Shown: one piece after another, positions 1 through 11,708 of the stretch
Numbering within the stretch: position 1 is the stretch's first letter
Layout of the letters: every line of letters begins with the position of its first letter
DNA from: Macrostomum lignano
Lineage: Eukaryota
Assembly (NCBI GenBank): GCA_002269645.1
Contig: NIVC01000412.1
Span: forward strand, 372,001 to 436,000
Length of the DNA stretch: 64,000 nucleotides
Direction: 5' to 3'
Notes under the pieces: generated by a model
What the model was told of the DNA's origin: nothing
What the model saw: only the letters and a program-made list of their open reading frames with translations
Database searches by the model: none
Made by a program: the position numbers and the translations under genes

Positions 1-139
1 AAAAACTATTTGTTGTGCGGATGAAAGAGGCCTTGGCTCAAATTTGAAAGATGCATTTTATCTTTCAAACGCCAAATGATCCATCTTTGACATTAAGATG
101 AAACGAGACCTGAGCATCCGATACATACTCTTGCCTTAC

Positions 140-1811
140 CCAAGCCCTTGTTAAAAGCAAATTGATTGTGCTTCTAACAAGTCGACGAGTAGGCTGAGAA
201 TTAATTTGAGGATTCAGTGATCACAAGGACCTCAGGAGCGGAGAGGAAGAGCGGATTCTTAAGGACAGAGGGGGAGCGGAGAGGCAGATTCTCAAGGGGA
301 GCTGAGAGGCAGATTCTCAAGGACAGAGGGGGAGTGGAGAGGCAGATTCTCAAGGAAAGAGGGGGAGTGGAGAGGCAGATTCTCAAGGACAGAGGGGGAG
401 CTGAGAGGCAGATTCTCAAGGGGAGCTGAGAGGCAGATTCTTAAGGACAGAGGGGGAGTGGAGAGGCAGATTCTCAAGGAAAGAGGGGTAGTGGAGAGGC
501 AGATTCTCAAGGACAGAGGGGGAGCGGAGAGGCAGATTCTCAAGGACAGAGGGGGAGTGGAGAGGCAGATTCTCAAGGAAAGAGGGGGAGTGGAGAGGCA
601 GATTCTCAAGGAAAGAGGGGGAGCTGAGAGGCAGATTCTCAAGGAAAGAAGGGGGAACGGAGAGGCAGATTCTCAAGGACTGGGGGAACGGAGAGGCAGA
701 TTCTCAAGGACAGAGGGGGAGCGGAGAGGCAGATTCTCAAGGAAAGAAGGGGGAGCGGAGAGGCAGATTCTCAAGGACTGGGGGAGTGGAGAGGCAGATA
801 AAAACGTAGAAGCAATGCATAAAAATCATAATAAAAGCATGTTCGGACACTCCAGTTGCAAAAATGGCCAAACAGCAAATTCTAAGCCAAAAATTTGCCA
901 AAAAGAAGCCAAGTATTAATCTAGCCATACCCAAGCCCTTGCGCAAGCCAGGAAAGCAAAGAATATTCCTCTTAGACAGGGGAAGATCTGAGCAGCTTTG
1001 CGCAAGTTGACGAGCAGGCAGTTATTTCAAATCAAAAGTTAAACAGTTTCGAATTCAAACATTTGCTAACAGTCATTTGTATATTAATTAGTTGACATTA
1101 AATTACATTACATAAATTCTACATTGAACTGTATCCAAAATACTCCAGCAAATCGCACAGCTAAAAGGATAGAACAATGCGATTAAATATGAATCTGGGA
1201 TATTTAAGGATAAATTAATGTTGCACAAGCGTCCCCTCGCAAAGGCATTATTGATATAGTTATAAGCAACTTTGCAAGTTTACTTTCTGTGCCACAAGAT
1301 ACTTTTAGTAGTGCATATCGAATATTTCCTTAAAAATATGTAGACTTGTAAACCCGAGTTTAAAAAAGCGGAACTACCTGGTACCAATGAGACGAATCTA
1401 GCCTCACTGACTAAAGGATCATAAATTTAGGATGAGTTCAGGCCTAGGATCAAGATAGAATGGAGCTGCTGAGATGCCAAATCTTACCTGAAAACTCCTC
1501 CTCAAAGTAGCCATTCTCCAGCATTTCCAGTTTCACCAGGCGCCACTGATCTAGGGTGGCTGATGGAGGATTCAAGAAGCTGTCAACAAAGCCGCGAAAA
1601 ATTTGAGTGGCATAATCAGATCCAAGGTTGACAGCCTCGCGAATAACTAAAATTTAATTTCAGAATGACAAGTTTCCATTTATTGACCATAATGAGTCTT
1701 AAACATAAAATATACTGTCAGTATAAGCTGATAGCTTACCTCTTCGCGAGGAGTACTTGTCCATATATAGGAAAAACAATTAAATGTTGATGCACAATGG
1801 TACAGTCAGAC
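140..1811 (-). CDS. Cluster of minus-strand exons (about 1811-1740, 1646-1488, 1328-~1100, 881-~800, 193-140) resembling the ERAP1-like C-terminal domain of an M1 aminopeptidase; possibly degenerate
   Basis: AG/GT-bounded, phase-compatible segments translate to FLYMDKYSSRRV|IREAVNLGSDYATQIFRGFVDSFLNPPSATLDQWRLVKLEMLENGYFEEEFS|GNIRYALLKVSCGTESKTCKVAY, then ICCLAIFATGVSEHAF and PTRRLVRSTINLLLTRAW. This follows the order of aminopeptidase N C-terminal motifs (LR..LL..AC....C; YC.AI..G...W.F). Family call is by eye. The 1811-1740 exon has an in-frame TAA. Confidence 0.4.
262..800. repeat. ~33-bp minisatellite (agagggggagtggagaggcagattctcaaggac)
   Basis: Directly visible tandem units; explains the repetitive ORFs at 201-946. 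Confidence 0.9.
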
Positions 1812-3891
1812 TGAAAATGTATAGAAATTCAATTTAATCAACTGTAAACGAAATTAAAGCTTGACAGCATACTCAAACAGATGGTCACATATTCATATTA
1901 ACCAAGTTAAAAAATATAGAATATAAAAAAACTCATAATAATGTCAATGAACATATTTGTCACTCTTAACCAAACTAGCTTGAGGCATTTAATGAAAGCA
2001 ATGCTAGCCAATGTTATATTACTGAGCCATATACTGAACTCAAAGAATAAGTTGCTGTCTATACTAGTTTATTAACTGCAACTCAAGACCTTTAAGAAAC
2101 AGAAAACTCATAAAACCATAAGCCAATATTATATATTAAATTTATTAATTGATAGAAAAGGTGCCAATGTTAATAAAATATAAACATTAGGCCTAGGTTA
2201 AGCTAGATGGTTAGAAAATACATCAAAAGATGTTAGAATTCCATCATATCTATAGCTATGGGAAGTTATAGATATGGTTCTAGGAACACATTTTTCTTAT
2301 ATCTAATAATACCATTCAGCCAAAAATTGCAAGACCATTGGAACCATAGATTTGATGGGGTTAGGGCAATAAAAATAATTGAATATTGCTAGTTTCAAAG
2401 TGAAGTGCCTAGAATTTAGGACTCACTCAAGCATCTACATAGATTATCAATGACATGTCCATATTGTGGCTAGGTGCTAGGGGCTAAAGTTATTAGTTAA
2501 GATGAATGTTTTCATTTTCAAAGGGGAGCTCTTAAGCTCAAGTCCTTAAATATAGATTTGGAAACTTAGCAATAGATAGGCCTAGTTTTGACACCCAATG
2601 CACATTATGGTTGGGTCGTAAGGGGCTAGGCCTAATGTTAAGAAAAGATAAATGCTTTCATTTTCAATATAAAGGAGCTTGTAAGTCCCTAGGGTTAGGG
2701 ACTTAGATGTTTTACACTATACCTTAATTAATAGGGCCTATACCTTAATGCACATTCCCTAACCTATTACATATTAAGGTTGGAATAAAGGGTTAGGGCC
2801 TTCTTGAGATATGTATTCACTTTCAATATAAAAGGAGCTCTTAAGTCCCTGAGGTCAAGGATTAAAACAACATTTTTGACATCATATGCATGTTGTAATC
2901 AGGATGATGAGAGGCCTAAGTTAAGATAAATGAAGCCAATAAAGAAGCTGCCTAGTATCTACCACTATCAAAAAAGACTAAAGCCTATATTGCAAAGGAG
3001 ACTTCTTGGAAACTAACTGATAAATAGGCCATTGTTTTCACAGATGATCTTAGTAAGAATTAGACTTTGATTTCATTACTTTAGTTATTCAAACAATATA
3101 AAAAGGAGACAAAAAAGAATTCTTCTAGAAGGAAGAGGAGAAAAAGAAATGGTATTAGGAAAAGGAAAAAAGAAAGGAAAGAGAAGAAGGGAAAAGGGAG
3201 AAATAAGAAGGGAGAGAAAAAGAAAAAAGGGGGCAGAGCAGCAGAGAGGAAAGAAGAAAAGAAAAGGAAGAGGGCATAGAAAAAGGATACTTGCTTTTGG
3301 CCTTGCCTATGCAGTCTATATAGTTTGAGCATTAGCACTTCATATAAAGGCTTAAGGCAATAGAAGGCAAACTTCTAGGCTCCAGCCTCCAACTAGATGA
3401 CATGGTTGGCTAGGCCTAGTCAAAGTTGTTGCCTGCGCAACAGGTTAGAAGCCTACATTAGATTAGATAGCCTTATGGCCTTTATGGCCTTATGTAAAGT
3501 ATAGGCCTTAGTATTGGTCTTGCTATCTCAATTGATGTACACTCTAAGTCCAAAAGCCAATGCAGCAACTCAGCTTTAGCATGGTTGCATTGCATATATA
3601 GGCCTAACATTTAGTTGCTTCTAGTGTTGCCACTACAACAACCAAAGAAATTATCGCAGGATAAGAAAAAAATTGCAGGAACATATTTCTTATTTGTCAT
3701 AGAGAAAAAGGCGCCAGTATGCAAAAACAACTTTCTTTTTTTAGTATTCTATTTCTAATTCCATATTCTATTTGACTAAAAAACTACTACAATTTGCAGT
3801 AACTGCATTCAACTCTCATTTATGCCAAATCAATGAAGGTGAAGTAGTAATACAACACAAGCATTTTCTTAAGGGAAGACAGGCATACATA

Positions 3892-4497
3892 CACTCAGCA
3901 ACAGTCAAAACTGCCACCCTACCAAGAGGCGACTTCTCTCTCACCTCAACTGCAAGTGATGTAACTTGTACCACAGTGTGGCTAAAGCTGGGTGAGAGTA
4001 CAAAAGGGACTGGGGTTGGTGTTGGGGGTACAACAGTACATGTGACAATGGTCAGGCATATGATAGACGCTGAACGATGGCGCGCTGTTGGCATGCTCGA
4101 AGCTGGTGCATCTATCAGCGCAGTTGCTCGCCAATTTGGCCGATCACATTCAACAATTTGAGCGCTGTTAATGAAGTCCCAAGATACTGGTAGTGTTCAG
4201 CACGCAGCCATAGGTAGCCAGTGCCCAGTACCATGATCTCTGCGGCTCAACAGCCAGGGCAAATCGACGTCTCCTGCGGATTGTCAGGCAAACTCCAACC
4301 GCATCAGTCACCCTGCTCTGTCTAATGTGGGGTGAAAGAAGCAGATGGGGCATCCCCTGCATCCCTTGATTGCCCTCTCCTGCATTCATTCACACCTAGC
4401 TTTAGCCATACCATGGTGCAAGTTGCGTCACTTGCAGTTGAGGTGAGAGAGAAGTCGCCTCTCTTGGTAGGGTGGCGGTTTTGACTGTTGCTGAGTG
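3892..4497 (+). mobile_element. Internally deleted Tc1-family element nested in hAT copy 1
   Basis: ~105-bp TIRs CACTCAGCAACAGTC...GACTGTTGCTGAGTG, flanked by TA on the left and CA (mutated TA) on the right. Encodes a Tc1 paired-like HTH fragment, MIDAERWRAVGMLEAGASISAVARQFGRSHSTI. Confidence 0.85.
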
Positions 4498-4978
4498 CAT
4501 AATATAGATTACTGATGTTCATTATGGAACCGACCCGAGCAACTAACTAAAACATAAGACACTACCTACGACTGCTGATGAGTAATAACAATTTTACAAA
4601 CTAAATTTTGTGCTATATTCCAGTTGTCTGAATCTGTTCTCAACTCTATATAGGCCTAGCTGAAATGAATTCTTTTAATATTTTAATTGTTGATCAATGT
4701 TGGTTACTAAAGAAATACCTCAACTGCAAGTTTTACCTCAACTGCAACTGCAACTTTTACGTGAATCTTTGTTTGGCTAGTCAAACATTAGTCAGGCAAA
4801 ACTGCAGGCTCTTTAGTGGATGTTCATTTTTTCTTTGGAACCTTTGGCACGACAGATTGAGCACCGAACTCTGGCTATCTCTTTTGCCGAGCCATTTCAT
4901 CAGCAGCTTTCTTCAGTGCTCACCCGACCGCAGCATGCTCAATCTCCTTTCGCCAAGCTTCAAAACTGGAGGCTTGCA

Positions 4979-5243
4979 CCCCTATTGCAGCCAAGGTCTG
5001 AACCGCGCCGGACGCCCCCCTTTCCCGCGCCAGACATCTACCCGTACTGCGCCAGGGCCAGTCCCCAGGATCAGTGATTTGGTTCAATTAGTCAGTCAAT
5101 GGCTCGCCGCGCGCTGCGCGCCGCCGCCACACACCACGCCACCGCGCGCCGCCGCCACGCGCGCGCCGCCGCGCGCCGCGCCGCCACCAGTCCAATCCGC
5201 GCCGGACGCCGTCCACGAAAATGGCCATTGGCTGCAATAGGGG
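4979..5243. mobile_element. 265-bp CpG-rich MITE inserted in hAT copy 1
   Basis: 16-bp TIR CCCCTATTGCAGCCAA/TTGGCTGCAATAGGGG and duplicated CTTGCA. The empty site GGAGGCTTGCACAGCC is present in copy 2 (near 21785-21800, reverse strand). Confidence 0.8.
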
Positions 5244-7129
5244 CTTGCACAGCCTCACGCTATATTGATGACATTCATGACACTTAAATTGAGCACAAAA
5301 TGAAACAGTACTTGAAAAAGGGTTGAAAGGACTAGTGTCCACAAAAATTGCAGGAAATAAGCACAATAGACAAAATTATCACTGAGCAATAAAAAATCAA
5401 AGTGGTGGCAATGGCAACACTGGTTGCTTCTTAAAGGTATCTATCACTATCAGGGTCTAGGTCTTGGCATTAGCTGCTAGGCCTATACAACAGTTATAGA
5501 AAGTTTATTAGCTACAAAAATAGGTAGGCCTATAATATAAGTATAACTATAGATACAGATAGGCCTAGGCTATGGGAAAATTTTAAGGATATGGCTACAG
5601 ATATCCCCTATAGATACAAGAAAAATTTGGTTATAGTATAATACAGGGAATAGGCCCCCCTACAAGTTTGTGGAACTGTAAAGTGAAAAACTAGGGGCCT
5701 AATTGTAGGCCCTAGCCCCCTATATGCCTAGATATTAGGCCATAGCTTTGGTATTCTTTACCCACTTTTGTATGAATGTATGCTAGGCCTACTAAAAAGT
5801 TAGGCTAGGTTTAATATACTTTATTCTCAAATTTGCCTTTGTATTGGGATTCTTTAATCTTGATCTTAGGACCCCAACTTACTTAGGTAGGCATTGGCCT
5901 ATGCCAATGCCTATTAGGCCTATTGTATTAGAGCAGAGCAGAGGAGAGCCTGGAGAGGTCTCATGTTGTACCCTGCAAGGTTGACAGTAATTTCGTCTAC
6001 TACAAAACTGAGAAATCATAAAATTAAAATTGCATAAAAATATTTTACTCATTATATAGTTTTATACACATACGCCCAGCTCAACTCCTATACTAGTAGA
6101 TAGATCCCATTATTACTACTAGATTACGCTAGCTAAGCTTACCGCAACTTTAAACTCAAATTAAAAAAATCTGAAATAAAAAGAATAAAAGACAAAAAGA
6201 ATGTTATTAAAATATTAAGAAAGACTTTATTAAGTTAATACCATAATTTTTAGTGAGCTGCAACATGTGTTTTGTTTCAATTATTGCGCCATTAAAGACA
6301 AAGCAATTTAATTTACGGACAGCTTGAACAATTTAAGTTTTACTTTTTACTATAGACATAGTAGAACTTGTTGCTGTGAACCTTCCTTCTTCCTTGGCAT
6401 GCCGTATGGTGTATATTAAGATGCTACTCGTTGGTTTGTATGCCAACTCAATTTTGATGAACAAATTTGCGCCATATATATAGATACTTTGATATCTATA
6501 GGCCCATTAATCATTTTTTAGTTTTTTAATAACAATATAAGTTATAACATAGACCTTAATTTCAATAGGCCCCTAGGCCTAGTTTTTCCTAAAATCTATT
6601 TCCTAATCCTAACAACGTTTTTTTAATTTTAGGCCTAGGGGGCCTACTATAGTATAGTATAAGGCACAGTTTATTTTTGTATTTTATGAAATTTTACAAT
6701 TAGCTTAGGCAGTTAGGCTATTATTATTAACCATAACATGTACCTGGTAACCTGGTAGTATCACTATGAGTACAATACAGTAGGGGCCTAGTATACTTGT
6801 TAGTTGAGTCTAGGTATATTTTTAGGCCTAGGCCATAATCTATTATAATTTGCTTAATATTTGCTTAATGGCTATGCCTATTTAATCATTAAAAAATTCA
6901 AATATTAAATATAAGTTTTATAGTCTTATTTTTAGCCTTATTTTTTGTTGATTATTTTAGCTATATAGGGTCTTTATGGATAAACCAATACTTATCATAA
7001 AAAAGATAAATAAAAATATACTTAATAGATTAAAAATTAGTGGATAGTACTAATCTCTAGGTCTATAATTGTTGAAATTTGCTTCTTTTAATTAAGTATA
7101 TTTTATCAGATTGAATTATAGATATATTG

Positions 7130-7282
7130 CAATAGCGCAACCAGAAATTTTTCAAGGAGGGAGGGTGGATTCTGAGGGTAAAGTCCCGGGAAGGGGGTGG
7201 CAGAAGGGTGGCTCTGTTTTTGGCAATAATTCGCTTGGTCCCCCCTTTGATTTATTTTCGGTCCCCCCTGGTTGCGCCACTG
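7130..7282. mobile_element. ~150-bp hAT-type MITE
   Basis: TIR CAATAGCGCAACCAG/CTGGTTGCGCCACTG; 8-bp flanks ATATATTG and ATATATCG (one mismatch). Confidence 0.7.
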
Positions 7283-7394
7283 ATATATCGGTACAATACT
7301 ATATTGGATATTTATTGAACTTTCTAGAAAAGGATACGCACAGCTATTTGCATTAACAATATTAATCAATATTATGTATCTGACAATTACTATA

Positions 7395-8046
7395 TCTAAA
7401 TATACTAAATCTCTAAGGTTTGTTTGTATGCTTGCTTTCCAATAAATCTAAGGAAATTGTTGCACTAGCTACTTTCTCTGGTGGATGCTTGCTATTTAAG
7501 GATGGATACTTGCTATTGGAAGAATGCTTGCTACTGGGGTAACTTGCTATTGGGAGATGCTTGCTCTTGGGGGGTGGAGGGTACTTGCTATCTAAGAGGG
7601 GGTTGCTAGATATCTATAAGGTCTCTTTGTATCCAGGTTAATGCTTGCTATCTGGGGTTGCTTGCGGTCTGGGTGATGCTTGCTATCTGGGGGATGCTTG
7701 CTATCTAGGGGATGCTTTCTATCGGGTTGCTTGCAGTCTGGGGGATGCTTACTATCTGAGGTCTGGGGGATGCTTGCTATCTGGGGGATGCTTGCTATCT
7801 GGGGTTGCTTGCTATCGGGGGGGGGGATGCTTGCTATCTAGGGGATGCTTGCAGTCTGGAGGATTTTGCTATTTGGGAATCGATGCTTGAATGCTGTCTG
7901 AGGATGCTTGCTGTCTTGGGATGTTTTGTTTTTAGAGAGAATGACTGTTGTTTTTTTTTGAAGGCTTTATTTCGCTGTCTATTTGTTATTTGTAAAGAAC
8001 AAGGATTCTATCCAGATGTCCCCCATCGGGGGGCGACGATTGCTAG
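7395..8046 (+). mobile_element. Non-autonomous Helitron A with an internal tgcttgctatctggggga-type repeat
   Basis: 5' A|TC start (TCTAAATATACTAAA...GTTTGTTTG), subterminal hairpin CCCCCATCGGGGG, 3' CTAG followed by T. No TIR or TSD. Confidence 0.7.
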
Positions 8047-10514
8047 TCCAATTTACTAAAAATGAGTTGTCTGTATGTGGGTAGGTAGATATGTGATAGA
8101 TTTCAGAAAAAATGGCTCAACCGATTTTCTTCAAACTTGCACCATTTGATCAGAAATTTTCCTGGGACGGTATATGCATCCTGGCTAAGAAATTGCTCAA
8201 TGTTAAAGGGATTAAATATTCAAAAAAGATGCTTTTTTGCAAAGGTCAAGCAAAATTTTCGACTTGAAATGGATTTTAAGAATGCTAGAGAAAAAACTGA
8301 CTGGCTGAATTCTGATTGTGATAAAGATTGCATCACAAAAAGTTGAAAACAGTGCCAAAGAAATGCACACAAGACTTAATTGTAATTGCGTAACCATATT
8401 GCAAACCTAAATTGAGACTGATACTGGCTGACTGAGAAATTGATTATGTCATAACTTTTTACTCTAACTAACTTGCTGTAAGAATTGAATTATAAAGGCC
8501 ACAATTCATGTTCTCCAATTGAAAAGAGATAGCCTAGATGTGAACAGACTGGAGTGCTAATGTAGCGACCTGGGTTTGAATCTTAGAAGTGCAAAAAATA
8601 ATTTTTTTATTAAAACACTTTAAAAAACACAAAATGCTAAACATAAAAGAAGCGCAATGTCAAACATAAAAGAAGTGCAATGTCAAACATAAAAGAGCCA
8701 CCATGTCAAACATAAAAGAGCCACCATGTCAAACATAAAAGAGCCACCATGTGGAACATAAAATAGCCACCATGTCGAACATGAAAGAGCCACCATGTCA
8801 AACATTAAAGAGCCACCATGTCGAACATTAAAGAGCCACCATGTTGAACATAAAAGGGCCACCATGTCAAACATAAAAGAGCCACCATGTCAAACATAAA
8901 AGTGCCACCATTTTGAACATAAAAGAGCCACCATGCCAAATATAAAAGAGCCACCATATTGAACATTAAAGAGCCACCGTGTCAAACATTTAAGAGCCAC
9001 CATGCCAAACATAAAAGAGCCACCATGTCAAACATAAAAGAGCTATTATGTCAAAAATATATGTGACTCCATGTCAAACATTAAAAAGCCACCTTGTCAA
9101 ACATTAAAGAGCTATCATGTCAAACACAAAATAGCCACCATGTCGAAAATAGAAGAGACACTATGTCAAAAGTATACGTGACTCCATGTCAAAAATAACA
9201 GAGCTGCCATGGCGAACATTAAAGAGCCACCATGTCAAACATTCAAAAGCCACCATGTCAAACATAAAAGAGCCATTATGTCAAAAATATACGTGACTCC
9301 ATGTCAAACATTAAAGAGACACTATGTCAAACATAACAGAGCCGCCATGGCAAACATTAAAGAGCCACCATGTCAAACATAAAAGTGCCACCATGTCAAA
9401 CATTAAAGAGCCACCATGGCAAACAATAAAGAGCCACCATGTCAAACATAAAAGTGCCACCATGTCAAACATTAAAGAGCCACCATGTCGAACATTAAAG
9501 AGCCACCATGTAAAATATAAAAGAGCTACCTTGTCAAACATTAAAGAGCCACAATGTCAAACATTAAAGAGCTATCATGTCAAACACAAAAGAGCTACCA
9601 TGTCAAACATAAAAGAGCCACCATGTCAAACATTAAAGAGCTATCATGTCAAACACAAAAGAGCTACCATGTCAAACATAGAAGAGCTACCATGTCAAAC
9701 ATTAAAGAGCCACCTTTTTAAACAAAAAAGAGACCCCATTTCAAACATAAAAGAAGTGTTATGCCATACAAAATGAAACCATTATAAAGCTAAGGAAATT
9801 GTTGCACTAGCTACTTGTTCTCTGGTGGATGCTTGCTATTTAAGGATGGATACTTGCTTACAGGGGGATGCTTGCTCTTTTGGATGGAGGGTACTTGCTA
9901 TCTGAGAGGGGGTTGCTAGATATCTATAAGGTATCTTTGTATCTAGGTTATGCTTGCTATCAGGGGTTGCTTGCTGTCTGGGGGATGCTTGCGATCTAGG
10001 GGATGCTTGCGATCTGGGGGATGCTTGCTATCTGCAAGATGCTTGCTATCTGGCATTGCTTGATATCGGGGGGATGCTTGCTATCTGGGGGATGCTTACT
10101 ATCTGGGGTCTGGGGGATGCTTGCTATCTGGGGATGCTTGCTATCTGGGGTTGCTTGCTATCGGGGGGATGCTTGCAATCTGGGGGATGCTTGCTATCTG
10201 GGGGATGCTTGCTATCTGGGGATGCTTGCTATCGGGGGGATGCTTGCTATCTAGGGGATGCTTGCTATCTGCGGGATGCTTGCTATCTGCGGGATGCTTG
10301 CTACCTTGGCGATGCTTGCAGTCTGGGGGATGCTTGTTATTTGGGGATCGATGCTTGAATGTTGTCTGAGGATGCTTGCTGTCTTGGGATGTTTTGTTTT
10401 TAGAGGGAATGTCTGTTGTTGTTTTTTGAAGGCTTTATTTCGCTATATATTTGTTATCTGTTAAAAACAAGAATTCTATCCAGATGTCCCCCATCGGGGG
10501 GCGAAGATTGCTAG
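8047..10514 (+). mobile_element. Non-autonomous Helitron B, head-to-tail with A, carrying a 22-bp minisatellite (about 8640-9780) and the same 3' module
   Basis: Starts with TC immediately after the CTAG of A. Contains a Helitron-type 5' motif (GGCTCAACCGATTTTCTTCAAACTT). Shares the module from TAAGGAAATTGTTGCACTAGC to the hairpin and CTAG|T at 10511-10515. Confidence 0.7.
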
Positions 10515-11708
10515 TAAAGTGCTAAAAGTACGAGCTATATTCTATAAACAACAATAATAACTTATAAAGATGCTACTTTTATGGAAAAATTCCTATGTAT
10601 AATACAGGTCCTAGGTAATAAAATAGATAGGAGGGCCTACACTATCTATATAATTTAGGGAGCCCACTATGCTAGGCCTTACATATATAATTTTAATCTT
10701 ATTCTTTTAGTCTATCTACTAGACTTCTTTATTGGCTTGTTACCAATTGGTATATAGTATAAGTATTATCTTATTTCCCTATATAATATATCAAGCAAAA
10801 AATATTGCTTATATTATATATGCTTAGAAGTTTGGACTATGCTTATGATCCCTATAAATAATTTCCCTATTCTAAAATAGTTATATTGCCTATGTCCTAA
10901 TAATAGGCCTAGATTTAACCTTTATGGCTAAGCCTATATATTTGTAATTCTTAGAGGTCAATAATCATATAAAATACCAAAACTTCAATAGAGAATCATG
11001 CCTTTATCAATCTATATAAAGAATTTTTCTATCTCACAAGCTTAAGCCCCATATATCCTGCATCAAATGTTTCTATAGTTGGTTTTAAGCTACAAGGATT
11101 TGGGTTGAAGCAATATAAAAATAAAGCTGCAATTTAAAATCAGCACCTTTAAAAGATAGACAATTATAATCCTATTAAAATGGAAAATATTTTATATACC
11201 TTAATATTCTTAAATTAAAAAAAAAGCAATGATGAAATAAAATTGAGATTTAAAATGTAAGTCTAATTTTTAAACTTCATTTTCTAGGGTCTATTGTAAT
11301 TAGATCAATCAGAAATAGATTTAGATAGTCTTGACTCTTGGGTAATAGAAGTTAAAACTAGACTATGATTCAAGTCTAGACTATGATCTAATAAAGACTT
11401 TGATAAGGACTTGGTCTTAGGAGAGGCCAAGCCAGGGAATATGAAGAATTAAAAGAGACCCAAAAAGACTAGGGATAGGACTAACAAAGCCCCCTCTGTA
11501 GCTGGCGTCCCTCTTTAAAGCTGGCGCCCCCCTTTGTAGCTGGCACCCTCTCTATAGCTGGTGCTCAATAATGCTAAGATAGACAGTATAATAGAACTAG
11601 AAGGCGAAGACCAAAATTATTCCAACATTATGAGAGCATTAATGCCATTGTAAGCTGCAAATTGGGCTGCAAAACAGAGGTTGTCAAGTGCCATATTGGC
11701 AGTATATA

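Larger units (their letters stand above)
3622..5422. mobile_element. Non-autonomous hAT-type element, copy 1 (composite, with nested insertions)
   Basis: Termini TAGTGTTGCCA...TGGCAACACTG with a perfect 8-bp TSD GTTGCTTC (3614-3621 and 5423-5430). Inverted homologue at 21618-23137. Confidence 0.85.
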
